A stretch of 64,000 nt of DNA, taken from the NCBI GenBank assembly GCA_001661245.1, contig KV454015.1:856924-920923 (forward strand). Direction: 5' to 3'. The position numbers and the translations under genes are program-made. Positions within the stretch are counted from its first letter, which is position 1, and each line of letters begins with the position of its first letter. This document shows, piece after piece, positions 1 to 10,430 of this stretch. The DNA is from Pachysolen tannophilus NRRL Y-2460. Taxonomy: Eukaryota. The notes below the pieces were generated by a model, which saw only the letters and a list, made by a program, of their open reading frames with translations, searched no databases and was not told the DNA's origin.

Positions 1-161
1 TGTCTTCTCAACTCTGCCTTATAACCAATTTCTGCTAGTAACTCATTATCTGTTTGTGCATGTTTTGGATCTATATGACCGGGATCAATATTTCTATATC
101 TCGATACTGTGACTTTGATTTCAAGATCTTTGTCCTGTGTAGGAGTTTTCGAAAGTGACAT
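1..161 (-). CDS. UGA4: GABA/amino-acid permease (APC family), 5' part only; runs off the window start
   Basis: Not in the ORF track. ATG at 161 gives MSLSKTPTQ...TDNELLAEIGYKAELRR, matching the DNELLAEIGYKQEL N-terminal motif of Uga4-type permeases. Confidence 0.75.
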   Translation of the reverse strand, partial: MSLSKTPTQDKDLEIKVTVSRYRNIDPGHIDPKHAQTDNELLAEIGYKAELRR

Positions 162-267
162 CGCTAAGGTTGTTGTTCAAGGTGTCTCTATGTTTCCTGG
201 GAAAAATTTGGATCAATATATGCATTGAAGCGATATATATATGTATATATATATAGAGACATATATA

Positions 268-458
268 GTTCCGCTAAGACACTACGAATCTAATCACAGA
301 TAAGCCCTATAATAAGAATATCCGCCTGTAGAATACACGACAACCTGGTAGATCGCAATCAAGATAAAGATTGATAAAAAGATAAATGAAAAGAAAGTGG
401 AAAAAAAAAAATGCCGATGAAAAAAAAAGAAAAAAGTTAGTTCACGTGACTCCTTATC
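268..458. promoter_or_regulatory. UGA4 upstream region: clustered GATA sites, Cbf1-type E-box and a CGG motif
   Basis: GATAAG at 299, GATAAA at 363/373/381, CTTATC at 453, TCACGTGAC at 442-450, GTTCCGCTAAGA at 268-279. Consistent with nitrogen catabolite regulation of a permease. Confidence 0.55.
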
Positions 459-774
459 TCGAAGCTTTCTCAATGGAGTAAGTAGAGATAAAAGAAAATC
501 TGATTGAACCATATATTGACAAAGCGTCAATTGCAGAAATCTTGTATCACAAATTTTGAAAGTGAAATTCCCTTTCGGGCAACTAAGTCCTCAGTTAAAG
601 GCAATGGTATAATGGATTGGGAAACTTAAAGAACTTTTTTTATCAACTAAATTGATTCTTTTTTTCTGTGGTGCAAATTTCTCGTTTGTTAGATTAAAAA
701 AGTCCAGTATGAAAAATAAAGAAAATTTTCTTTAAAATTGAATCTATAATTAAAGAACGCAAAATGATAGTAAA

Positions 775-2504
775 TTAGTAAACTTTAGCTAACATTTTTT
801 CAATTTTTTCATTTATACAGGTCTCAACACTGTGTGCACTTAACTCATTATTAAAAATACTTTTAATTTCTGTACTTGATTCAGGGACAGGATTGTGTTC
901 CTCTGCGACGTTCATTTCACATTTCATCAATAAAAACATACCTCGCTGGACTTCCCTTTTCATTAAATGTAAAGTACTGCTGTAGTTTCTAGGTTTAAGC
1001 CCTTTATTTGAGGTTTCTATCTCTAAAGAAGCAGCTCTAGCTATGTAATCTTCTTCTTTTGGTAAGCCGTCCTTTTTTGAAATTGAATACTGATATTGAG
1101 ATTCCAATATTTCTAAAATTTCAAAATCCGATATGAATCGTTTCATAATATCAAAATCTCTGAGTGAAATCCTTTGCCATCCTCTTTTATAGTCAGTTAA
1201 AAATATTCCTGAATATTGTAAATTGGAAATTATCAAGTCATTATCATTTTTGAAAATATTACCATCATCATCGATGGAAAATGATTTTTTATCAGTTACT
1301 GCAAACTCTTTCTTTGGTTTGAAGAAGTCATTATCTTCTTTATCTTTGTATCCACAATTTCCTATTCGACGATAATTTTCTAAACTATTACTGTTATTTC
1401 CAAATTTATAATTTTTCATTATCATGATACCATAAATATCACTATCTGCAAACCCAAAAATTGGTACATTTGCAAAACTTTTTGATAACAAGTTTAAAAA
1501 TGTTTTTGTTAGATTATCAGGGAAACCTTTCCCAGTTACAATTATTTTGTCTTGATTCTCCCTAGAACATAAGCGTTGAAAGACAGCTTCTTTTTCAATA
1601 ACTAAAATGCATTTTAAGCTGAGAACACTGGTGGATTTAATTTTGATTCCTGGCAAGATTATTGGAATTAATGTTGGTCCATTTTCTGTTTTTATTTCAA
1701 ACTGACCATTGGAGAAACCTCTCAAGTAAAGTGAATTTTCACTTTTATGTTCAACTGGATATTCCAATGCCAAATTCCCATATACTAGACCTTTTTGAGA
1801 AGAAACAGCACCTATCTCATAATTTTTCAGCTCCAAAGTAAAACACAAAGTTTCAATACATTCATCAACAATTGTTTGAGATTTAAATAATGCAACATCT
1901 TGGTAATAAACATCTCTCCTGGTAACTACTTTGCTACTTACCAAATTTTCAAATAATATTTGAATTATTCTTAAGTATGCCACTTATGCACAAAAGAAAA
2001 ATTATTTTTTAAATGTTAGTATAACCTTTCTTGGTTTACTCAGAATTTTCTAACTTACCAAATCTCCATGACTCTGATGAAGTTTCACTGGGAAATTTGA
2101 TTTTCAACTCTGAAGAGTTTGAGCTAAAGTTTCTTTTGGGAGATCTAAAGAAAAAAAAAGCAAAAAAAAAAAAAAAAATGTTCTAGTCAGCTTCTTGTTC
2201 TAATTAATTATTTCAAATGAAGAAGTAGTACCCACTTCTGAGAAACATGCAGCTTTTTGAAATATAATATCAAATCGTCCTTACGCCTTATTCCATTTTC
2301 TACCATTTCCAAGAAATTTCTATATTTCTCCAGTATTGATCGACTATAATAAGGTAATAAAAAAGTTAATATCTTTAGTTCTGTTCCAAGTCTGTTTTTC
2401 ATAACTTACGATTTAGAAATAATCAAATCTGGTGTTAAGTAAATATGTCTAATTTGAGAGTTGACATTGGCAGCATCTTCTGAATTAACTATGGGAAACT
2501 TCAT
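775..2504 (-). CDS. SPO11: Meiotic DSB transesterase Spo11 (Topo VIA), 4 exons, ~498 aa
   Basis: Catalytic-Tyr motif TRRDVYY, Toprim VIEKEAVF, TGKGFPD and ADSDIYG. Exons 2504-2410, 2343-2236, 2144-2059 and 1982-775 join in frame and restore FPSETSSESWRFVAYLRII. The middle intron's 5' site (GTGGGT) is the least certain. Confidence 0.9.
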
Positions 2505-3015
2505 CTTAAAAATTCCAAAGAAATGATTATGAAATAAGAATTATAAAAAGATAAGAAAATGCTGAACTTTGTAATTTCACCTTCTTAAAAAAAAACAGCT
2601 TACAACACTGATTTCGTTGTATTTCCTGATGCGGTAGAGGTGCATATTTCAACTCATCGCTTTCCCCTTTTATACACGAAAAGTACTTGATACAATTTAA
2701 TACATTTGGATACCTCTTTTATTTAGAATTGTCACAATAATTCAAATCAAAGTATAAAAGAGAAAACAAATAAAATGTCATAAAACAAATAAAAGAGTGA
2801 GAAAAAAAAAATATAGAATAAAATTAAAATACTAAAATTTTTTTTTTTAAAAAACCCATATCAAGCAGTGAACACTATTTTAAGACGCCACTTCAACCCT
2901 AACATTCTCTTGTAAGCTTTCAATAGTAGTCCCCAAGCTCATATAAAATATAACAAACCATAATTCCAACCTAGATTGTAAATAAACAAATATAAAAATA
3001 AAAACATAAAATCGA

Positions 3016-6000
3016 TCAATCAATCTCTAGTACAAAAGTTTCGTTTGGAGAATCAACTGGTCTTTCATTACCTTTTGAATAACTGGCACGGCGCAATCTT
3101 TCCAAAGTTGGATCTTCTTTTTCCGATGTGTGCTTTATATCTAAGTTCCCACCAATGAGATTTGATATAGCTGGTTTCTCCGATTTAGGCGAATTTCCAG
3201 ATATTCCACCAGGATAAAGAGGAGAATATTGAGGGTTCATAATCTGATGTTCTTTTTTCTTATGACATGAGTGGGAAAATTCTAGATTCTTATTGCTCAT
3301 GGTATTACTATTATTGTCTTCTAGAGAATTTCTTGAATGTGAATGTGAAGAAGTATTGCATGCAGTACATGAACTTCTCCTCTTCTTCTCAGTGGCAATT
3401 TTAGTCTTAGATACAACTGGATCAGCAATTTTTTTCCTTTCTTTGGCTAATGTTTCAGAAGTCAAAGATTCTTTTCTCAAGGCTCTTGGTTTCTTAAATT
3501 TTTCTCTGAGATTATTGAAGCTACTAAGTAACTCGACATTTTCAGCTCTTAATTGTTGTACAAGTGACTCCAATTCATCAGTTTTTTCCTTACTATCCTT
3601 TTTACATCCTTTTAAAGCATCATTATATTGCTTTATAGTTGAAACAATAAATTTGACAGATCCCAATATTAGCGAGTTGGAATCGTGAAGCATTGTCACA
3701 TTTTCAGTTGAACAATAAGTTTCACCTTGAATTGCAGCAGAAAACGATTTCTTGATAACGAATAACGAAGAACTACTCAAAACTTGAGATAAATCATTTA
3801 CTATACCACCAATCAAATTACTGTAAAAATATTTCAAAATATCGACATTTTTATCTGAGTTATCCAAGTTCCTATTCATTTCAATTGACTTTAATTTATA
3901 TTCTTCAATAACTTGAGATAATTCATCAATTTTCTCGTTTGTCACTTTGATCAAGTTTGTTTTCTCTTCCACAGACTCCGTCAAAGTATCTGCTTGTGTA
4001 GATAGTAACTTGACTTTACCATCTAATAAAGATATTCTTTCTTCCTGAATATTAATGGTATCTTTTGCAACCATCAAAGATTCCTTTTGCGCATTTAAGG
4101 AATCTTCCAAGCTTTTAATTTCCTGTAAACTCTTGTGGTACCTGTTTTCAAGGTCTTCAACTTCGACTTCCAATTTTTTCTTTTGATTTTTCAACTTCTT
4201 ATTTGCTTCTGATAGTTTAACTTCGCTTTGTACTAATAACTCATTCTCTTTTATCAAGTCAACCTCTGAGTATTTAAGCTTCTCGATAACCTTCCTAAGT
4301 TCTTCTTTTGTATTATGGAATTCATTATCAACTTGTTTCAAATCTTCATTTTTTTCATCAATTTCATTTTCAAGTTCCGAGTTCTTATCTTTCAAGCTGT
4401 TGAAATCTTCTTCAAGTTTTAATAAATTTGTTTCTAATTTATCTTTCAAATCTAAAGTTGTTTGAAGCCTGAAATGAGAATTTTTCAATTCCTTATTTAA
4501 AGACTCAAAAGCTTTCATTGTTTCGTTTTTCTCTTCTATCAGCACTTTTAGTTTTTGAGAGTCAAAATGTGACCTTGAAGTAACCAGTTCTAAATCTCTT
4601 TTGACCAGTTCATACCTTTCTACTAATAAATCATTTTTGGCCTTATATTCTTTAAAACCATGATAAATTCTACTTAATATATCAGGAAGATGTGCTTCAG
4701 GATCATCAAATTCTTGTGAAAAGTCATCTGTTTTTTGAACAAATTCCAATACCAGATTAACAATCTTAGTTTTTTCATCAAGATCATAATTAATACTATC
4801 AATTTCAGACTGTTTCAATGTCAATTCGTTTGTAAGTTTGTTGTTCAAAGCTTTTTGATATTCCAATTTATTGGAAACATTATTCAAAGAGTCTTCTAAT
4901 GTACTTATTTGTTCTTCAAGTTTTTCGGAATTAGTATTTGATTCAATAGCATTTTGCTGCAACTGTTTACGAAGCTTTCTTTCCTGTGATAACAATTCTT
5001 CATTTTTGGTTTCTGTTTGTTGAATCATGCCATCTTTCCTTTTAACTTCAATCTCTAAGTCTTGTAAATTATTCTCTGAAACTTTCAAAAGCTTGTTGAT
5101 TAATATAAAAATGGAACCTATAGTAGTATGTTCTGTAATTTTTGCACAGTTATCATCATTTTCCTTTTTTGAAATCCTATTCAAAGTATCAACTGAACTC
5201 TTGACCATCTCAATAAATTCATTATTATCGAGAGCAGAACCATTTGAAGTTAAACTGTATAGTGGAGTATCACAAGAAGCAAAGTTGATTGGTGTTGCAG
5301 AAGAGTGTTCATTTGAAGAAAGAGCTTCATCTGAATTCCCCAATGACAAAGTTGCACTTTCTAATGCTTCATCTTCAGTTTCAGTCTGAACTTCTGGATC
5401 AAAATTTAATCTTGCTTGGAGTTCAGCTTCAAATCCAAGTTCTGGTGATGATGGTGATGTACCCGATGATGATATTTCTTTTGAAACATCAAGATGACCT
5501 TGAACTGATTTTGGAGATTTCATTGACAGTGACAGCGACAGTGACAGTGACAGAGAAATTGGGTGTTGCAGTGACAGTTGTTGTTGCTGTTGCTGTTGCG
5601 TCTTCAGATCAATTTTTGATTTTGAAGCAGAACTTGTCAGGTTTTCATTTTCTCTATAATTGTGGAAAATATCTGGAGTTTCCAATATATCATTATATGT
5701 CATCAACAGCTCTACATCTTCTAAATCAGCAGAATTTTGTGCCATAGCATCCAAATCTTGATCATCAGAATATAAATCATGTGCCAGGACACCATAGCAT
5801 GATTGAACACTATTTGGTCTTGGTGAATGAACATTGTTCATAGTAGCAAGGGTAAGATTATCTATATCGGAAACTAACCCCCCATTTTCTTGACTATAAC
5901 TACTCGAACTAATTCTTTCTGGAGAAGAATTAAATAATGAGTTAGTAATATTCTTATTACTCTTGGAAACCAAATCATCTAATATTGGTGTCATTGAACT

Positions 6001-6474
6001 ATCATTTTTCTCTGTTTCAGACTCTTCTGGCTTAAATAAATCAGTCAAATTACTTGGATTATTTTTCTTTCTGATTATTGGTTGATCAGTTAATGGACTC
6101 GAAAACCTAACACTTTTCTTTTTCATCACAGGTGACAATCTTCCATTATTTGATTCCATCAATGGTAAGTTTACAGATAATCTGGATTTATTCAAATTCA
6201 TAAATGGATCAAAACTATTTGAATCACTTTCACTTGTCCCTGTATCTCTTAATTCAGTCATAAAAGAATTTTTAAATATTGACAAGTTTTTATCATAGGT
6301 AAAAGCATTTTTAAAAGTCGAACCTTTTGTATTTGAACTCTCAGAAATCCAAGAAGGATGAGGTGGAATATTCAACCTCTTTGTATCTTCATGAGTCAAA
6401 TGGATAATTTCTTCACTTGAATCGTCTTTTGAAGAGGAAGAAGTTGATGGACATGAATGAACCAAAGAAAGCAT
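3016..6474 (-). CDS. Large protein with Ser-rich N-terminus and long coiled coil; possibly a meiotic spindle-pole outer-plaque protein (Spo21/Mpc70-like)
   Basis: Open frame over 1100 aa with a long E/K/L heptad region. First in-frame ATG is at 6474 (the track start is TTG). The functional call is inferred only from an upstream MSE and the gene neighbourhood. Confidence 0.6.
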   Translation of the reverse strand: MLSLVHSCPSTSSSSKDDSSEEIIHLTHEDTKRLNIPPHPSWISESSNTKGSTFKNAFTYDKNLSIFKNSFMTELRDTGTSESDSNSFDPFMNLNKSRLSVNLPLMESNNGRLSPVMKKKSVRFSSPLTDQPIIRKKNNPSNLTDLFKPEESETEKNDSSMTPILDDLVSKSNKNITNSLFNSSPERISSSSYSQENGGLVSDIDNLTLATMNNVHSPRPNSVQSCYGVLAHDLYSDDQDLDAMAQNSADLEDVELLMTYNDILETPDIFHNYRENENLTSSASKSKIDLKTQQQQQQQLSLQHPISLSLSLSLSLSMKSPKSVQGHLDVSKEISSSGTSPSSPELGFEAELQARLNFDPEVQTETEDEALESATLSLGNSDEALSSNEHSSATPINFASCDTPLYSLTSNGSALDNNEFIEMVKSSVDTLNRISKKENDDNCAKITEHTTIGSIFILINKLLKVSENNLQDLEIEVKRKDGMIQQTETKNEELLSQERKLRKQLQQNAIESNTNSEKLEEQISTLEDSLNNVSNKLEYQKALNNKLTNELTLKQSEIDSINYDLDEKTKIVNLVLEFVQKTDDFSQEFDDPEAHLPDILSRIYHGFKEYKAKNDLLVERYELVKRDLELVTSRSHFDSQKLKVLIEEKNETMKAFESLNKELKNSHFRLQTTLDLKDKLETNLLKLEEDFNSLKDKNSELENEIDEKNEDLKQVDNEFHNTKEELRKVIEKLKYSEVDLIKENELLVQSEVKLSEANKKLKNQKKKLEVEVEDLENRYHKSLQEIKSLEDSLNAQKESLMVAKDTINIQEERISLLDGKVKLLSTQADTLTESVEEKTNLIKVTNEKIDELSQVIEEYKLKSIEMNRNLDNSDKNVDILKYFYSNLIGGIVNDLSQVLSSSSLFVIKKSFSAAIQGETYCSTENVTMLHDSNSLILGSVKFIVSTIKQYNDALKGCKKDSKEKTDELESLVQQLRAENVELLSSFNNLREKFKKPRALRKESLTSETLAKERKKIADPVVSKTKIATEKKRRSSCTACNTSSHSHSRNSLEDNNSNTMSNKNLEFSHSCHKKKEHQIMNPQYSPLYPGGISGNSPKSEKPAISNLIGGNLDIKHTSEKEDPTLERLRRASYSKGNERPVDSPNETFVLEID

Positions 6475-7009
6475 CTCAGAAAAACCACCCAGCCACAAAC
6501 TAATTCTAATTGAAACTCGACGGCAGCACTAACCTTAACCTTTAACCTCAATCCCAGCTTCAACCTCAATAAAAAACTCTAATTAACCTGCAACTGGCTC
6601 TACAAAGAGAATGATGAACAAGACGTAAAGGGAAAACCGTAATTTCCACTAAACTCTGAACTGAGGAATAAGTTGACGATGAGCTTGTTGCTGTATGACT
6701 AGTATTATACCAAGTTGAATCTGACGATGGATTTCTCAATTTTTCCCTACTATCAAAGCTACAACCAGAGTTGTTAAAGCTGGACATAATTAATTTAGAT
6801 GGTAACAGGAGAAAAAGAAAGAAAGAAAGGCAAAAAAAAAAAAAAAAAAAAAAAGAAAAAGTCTTTAGAGGGGTTAAGATTGACCTAATGATATAGCTTT
6901 ACTATCAATCAACTCACTATACAAAACTTTCTTCAACCGCACGTAGATGCAAAACAATACAAAACAACAGGTGCATAAAAGGGATATTTTAAGATTTAGG
7001 GAGATTTTG

Positions 7010-7018
7010 GACACAAAA
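7010..7018 (+). promoter_or_regulatory. Middle sporulation element (Ndt80 site)
   Basis: GACACAAAA matches gNCRCAAAW and lies upstream of the coiled-coil gene. Confidence 0.45.
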
Positions 7019-7180
7019 CAATAGTTCAAAAGGTGCATGATTACTTTATCTTCTCGTCTTTGTGTAACGCGAAAGATGATCCACAATTCGTTATCTTAGT
7101 TACACGGTGAAAAAATAAAAATTTAACGGAAAAACACGTAAATGGCAGATGGCTTTCCATCCAACAATATGTCCCATACT

Positions 7181-7206
7181 AAAATTTTTCACCCTCTTCT
7201 CTCATC
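7181..7206. promoter_or_regulatory. RRPE + PAC ribosome-biogenesis promoter elements
   Basis: AAAATTTTTCA at 7181-7191 followed by CTCATC at 7201-7206, about 70-90 bp upstream of POP3. Confidence 0.6.
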
Positions 7207-7272
7207 TATAGTATATAGATGCTAGTAGTTACTTATTTATTTATCTGAGACATGTCTGGCTAGCAAGACAAG

Positions 7273-8106
7273 ATGTATACTTCAGGTGGACAGAAGAAAA
7301 GAAAAAATCAAGGGCAGCAAGGTTCTTTGAGGGAGCTGGAAATTAAGAAAAGACAGGTGTATAAACCAATATTAGATAATCCATATACTCAATCGAATAA
7401 TTGGCCTTACGTTGAGCCGAGTGTCGGGAAAGATATATTAGATTTGCTATGCAAGTTATTGGAGCCATTGGGTAATGCAAATAGGATAGCTCATAGTGAG
7501 AAGCAAAGGAAGCAAAGGCGTGATGAGAACAGGCAAAAGGAGGTAGTTTTCAAATTAGAGAAACCAGAGATATTGCCTTACTTGACTATTGGATTTAATT
7601 CTACAGTAGAGGCCTTAGAGTTGAAATCAAAATTAAACAGAGGGGAAATTAAGAAACTAAAGAAACCGGATATTTCGTTGATATTTGTTTGCAAAGCTGA
7701 TATACAGCCACCTTTGTTAACTCAAGGTTTCCCAATATTGGCCGTATTGGCTTCAACTAATGAAAATCCTTGTAAATTGGTTCAGTTACCAAGAAATTCT
7801 ATAGAAAGATTATCACTGGCTTTAAATCAACCACATACTGGTATTGTTGGAGTAAATGGTAAAGATTTCCCCGGGGCAAAGATATTAAGGGACTTTGTAA
7901 TGGAAAAAATTGGTGATGTCAATATTGAATGGTTGAATGATTTAGTGTTTCAACAACCGAATATCAAATTGATAAATACAACTCAACCTATAATGCCAAA
8001 GAAGAATGATCAAAAGGCAAAGAATCTGAAAATGAAGGCTCAAGCTAAACAAGAAAAGGATATAAAGGAAGACTCAAAGGAAATACTGAAAAAGAAAAAA
8101 GATTGA
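7273..8106 (+). CDS. POP3: RNase P/MRP subunit Pop3
   Basis: KKRQVYKPILDNPY, GFNSTVEALE and LVQLPRNS motifs typical of Pop3. Confidence 0.85.
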   Translation: MYTSGGQKKRKNQGQQGSLRELEIKKRQVYKPILDNPYTQSNNWPYVEPSVGKDILDLLCKLLEPLGNANRIAHSEKQRKQRRDENRQKEVVFKLEKPEILPYLTIGFNSTVEALELKSKLNRGEIKKLKKPDISLIFVCKADIQPPLLTQGFPILAVLASTNENPCKLVQLPRNSIERLSLALNQPHTGIVGVNGKDFPGAKILRDFVMEKIGDVNIEWLNDLVFQQPNIKLINTTQPIMPKKNDQKAKNLKMKAQAKQEKDIKEDSKEILKKKKD

Positions 8107-8192
8107 AATCTTACAAATTGTATAAAATAATTATGCAAATATAGTTATTATTTATTCATTACTTCATAATGAAACACTGTTAAATTATTTTA

Positions 8193-10430
8193 TCATCTTG
8201 AAAAATGCAATTTGATAAATCTCATTCCTATTTTTATACCATTTGGAAACTTAAATGCATTATTTTGAAAACCCCACCTTCTTCCTATGTGATAACCACT
8301 TTTATTTTCATCTACTTTATGATGATACATCCTCCTATCAAACTTTTTATTATTTGGAATTAAGAAATTCTTCCCTTGTCTGCGTAAATTATTTGAATAA
8401 TTTTTCAAAAAAATGTTATCTAAGTTAAATCCTCTATTAGAATCATTGTAGTTATTAATCTTAAAAATCTTACCTAACGTCTTTTTGTCAACAAAAAATT
8501 CACTGTTCATATTGCTTGAAAGTAACAGATTACTATGGAAAGAATCATTGTTTAAAACTTTCCCATAGTAAAGTAATTGACTAGCTCTTGTGACAGCTAC
8601 ATATAACTTTCTTCTGTGTGCCTGCAATTCATGAGAATCATAAATCCTATTATCTGCACCCAAGATAAACACTATAGGAAATTCAAGACCTTTAGCAGAA
8701 TGTATAGTAGATAAATTTATTGAATTTTCCTTTTGAGCCAACGGAATGTCATTATAATTCTTCAAGAAAAATTCAATTAATGATGCCTGACTAACATTTT
8801 TCAGCGTAAAACTTTTCTCATAAATGATCCACAAATATTCATAAAATTGATTTAAGTAGTTATCATATTTAACCAAATCCTGTTCAGTCACTATTTTCTT
8901 TGAAGTTATTAATCTTTTTAGCCCATATTTTTTACCCAAATCAAGAAGTATTTTAATCAATTCGTCAGGATTGTTTTCAATCTTGGAATAATTTTCAGGT
9001 GATCTGATTTGCATGATTTCATTTGTAAAATCCATTATCTTCTTTGCAACTTTAGTTCTAGTTTTCATTAAAGACGCAAATTCCTCACTATTTAGGTATT
9101 CCCATATTGAAACAGGGTTGCTATTATTTTCGTTAATTTTTCCAATTTTATTCATCAAAGTTTTCAAAGTTATTGGTCCAACGCCTTCTATCAACCCAAG
9201 AACACATATCAAAGAGTGGTTAGCCTTTTCTGGTTCATATATTATATTTAAATAATCAACTAAATGGAAAATCTCACTGTTGATCCATGGTTGATTCAAG
9301 GACAATTTTACGCTTTGAATATCGTTTGTTTTAAGTAAATGTTGTAATTTATCTAAAGTTTTATTCGTATGGGATAAGATCACAATATCTATTGGTTTAA
9401 TGACCTCTGTAGATACTAACTTTTTAATCTCATCTATAATGAACTGATATTCTTCTTCTTCAGTTAAAAAAATATTTAGAATTGGTAAATAACTTTGTTG
9501 CTTAACTACATGAATTCTCAGAGTATCTGCATCTATAATAGCTTCAGCAACTCTCATGATTTCAGGTGTCGATCTGAAACATTCATTCAAATGAATAACA
9601 TCAATTTGTTTATCTAGGAAGGCTTTATCAATTCTATCTAAAATATTAGGATTCGATCCTAAGAAGCCGTATATGCTTTGATTTGGATCACCTGCAATAA
9701 CCAAATTCTTTTGACGAGACACTATTTCAACTACATCTAACAATTTACCATACATATCCTGGAATTCATCAACTATTACAGTTTTGATATTATTTAAAAT
9801 CAGAGGATTTTTTCTTACAGTCTTGATACAATCAACCAACAAATCTTGATATGTGATAATATTAGAGTTAGAAAGCCATGTCATTATATTCTTAATGGTT
9901 TCGACATCAATTTTTTTACCTGGGTGCTTGACTAATGCATCATTTATTGTCATACCAGCATTAACAGATTCAACAATTTCTTCAATTTGACTCCTGGACA
10001 ACCGAGAAAATGTATTATGACTACTATGCGTACTTGACAAATTGATTAACGTTCTCCAACCTATATCTTCAATGATCCTGCAATCCTTAGCTACATTATT
10101 GCTAGAAACCACTGAACTTGAGAATGAATGAAATGTATGAATATTAATCTGAGACACCAACTCTTCTTCTCCAAGTAATTCATACATCTGATTCTTCAAT
10201 GCCAATACAGCTCTATTGGTCATAGACAAAACTAGAAATTCATTCGGTTTCACTCCCTCATTCAACAAGTAAACAATCCTATTAACTAATGTCTTGGTCT
10301 TGCCAGAACCCGGTCCAGCTATTATTTTCAACAACCTATTGCTGTCTAGTGGATAAGTAATAGCATCGTATTGGGATGGGGTTACATTCAATTCCAATTC
10401 TCTATCCTCCTCTTGCTCCTTTTCTGGCAT
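8193..10430 (-). CDS. HMI1: UvrD/REP-family DNA helicase, mitochondrial Hmi1 type
   Basis: AGPGSGKT Walker A, VDEFQD, GDPNQSIYGF, STIHSAKGLEF, YVAVTRA. About 745 aa with a basic C-terminal tail like the Hmi1 C-terminal targeting signal. First ATG at 10430. Confidence 0.8.
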   Translation of the reverse strand: MPEKEQEEDRELELNVTPSQYDAITYPLDSNRLLKIIAGPGSGKTKTLVNRIVYLLNEGVKPNEFLVLSMTNRAVLALKNQMYELLGEEELVSQINIHTFHSFSSSVVSSNNVAKDCRIIEDIGWRTLINLSSTHSSHNTFSRLSRSQIEEIVESVNAGMTINDALVKHPGKKIDVETIKNIMTWLSNSNIITYQDLLVDCIKTVRKNPLILNNIKTVIVDEFQDMYGKLLDVVEIVSRQKNLVIAGDPNQSIYGFLGSNPNILDRIDKAFLDKQIDVIHLNECFRSTPEIMRVAEAIIDADTLRIHVVKQQSYLPILNIFLTEEEEYQFIIDEIKKLVSTEVIKPIDIVILSHTNKTLDKLQHLLKTNDIQSVKLSLNQPWINSEIFHLVDYLNIIYEPEKANHSLICVLGLIEGVGPITLKTLMNKIGKINENNSNPVSIWEYLNSEEFASLMKTRTKVAKKIMDFTNEIMQIRSPENYSKIENNPDELIKILLDLGKKYGLKRLITSKKIVTEQDLVKYDNYLNQFYEYLWIIYEKSFTLKNVSQASLIEFFLKNYNDIPLAQKENSINLSTIHSAKGLEFPIVFILGADNRIYDSHELQAHRRKLYVAVTRASQLLYYGKVLNNDSFHSNLLLSSNMNSEFFVDKKTLGKIFKINNYNDSNRGFNLDNIFLKNYSNNLRRQGKNFLIPNNKKFDRRMYHHKVDENKSGYHIGRRWGFQNNAFKFPNGIKIGMRFIKLHFSR

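Noticed and set aside
442..450. TCACGTGAC as CDEI of a point centromere
   Set aside because: There is no convincing CDEII/CDEIII, and it is better read as a promoter E-box.
2208..2402. Independent 64-aa ORF
   Set aside because: It is explained as SPO11 intron 1, exon 2 and the start of intron 2.
6529..6550. CTAACCTTAACCTTTAACC as a TTAGGG-like interstitial telomere
   Set aside because: It has only three degenerate units and no exact TTAGGG.
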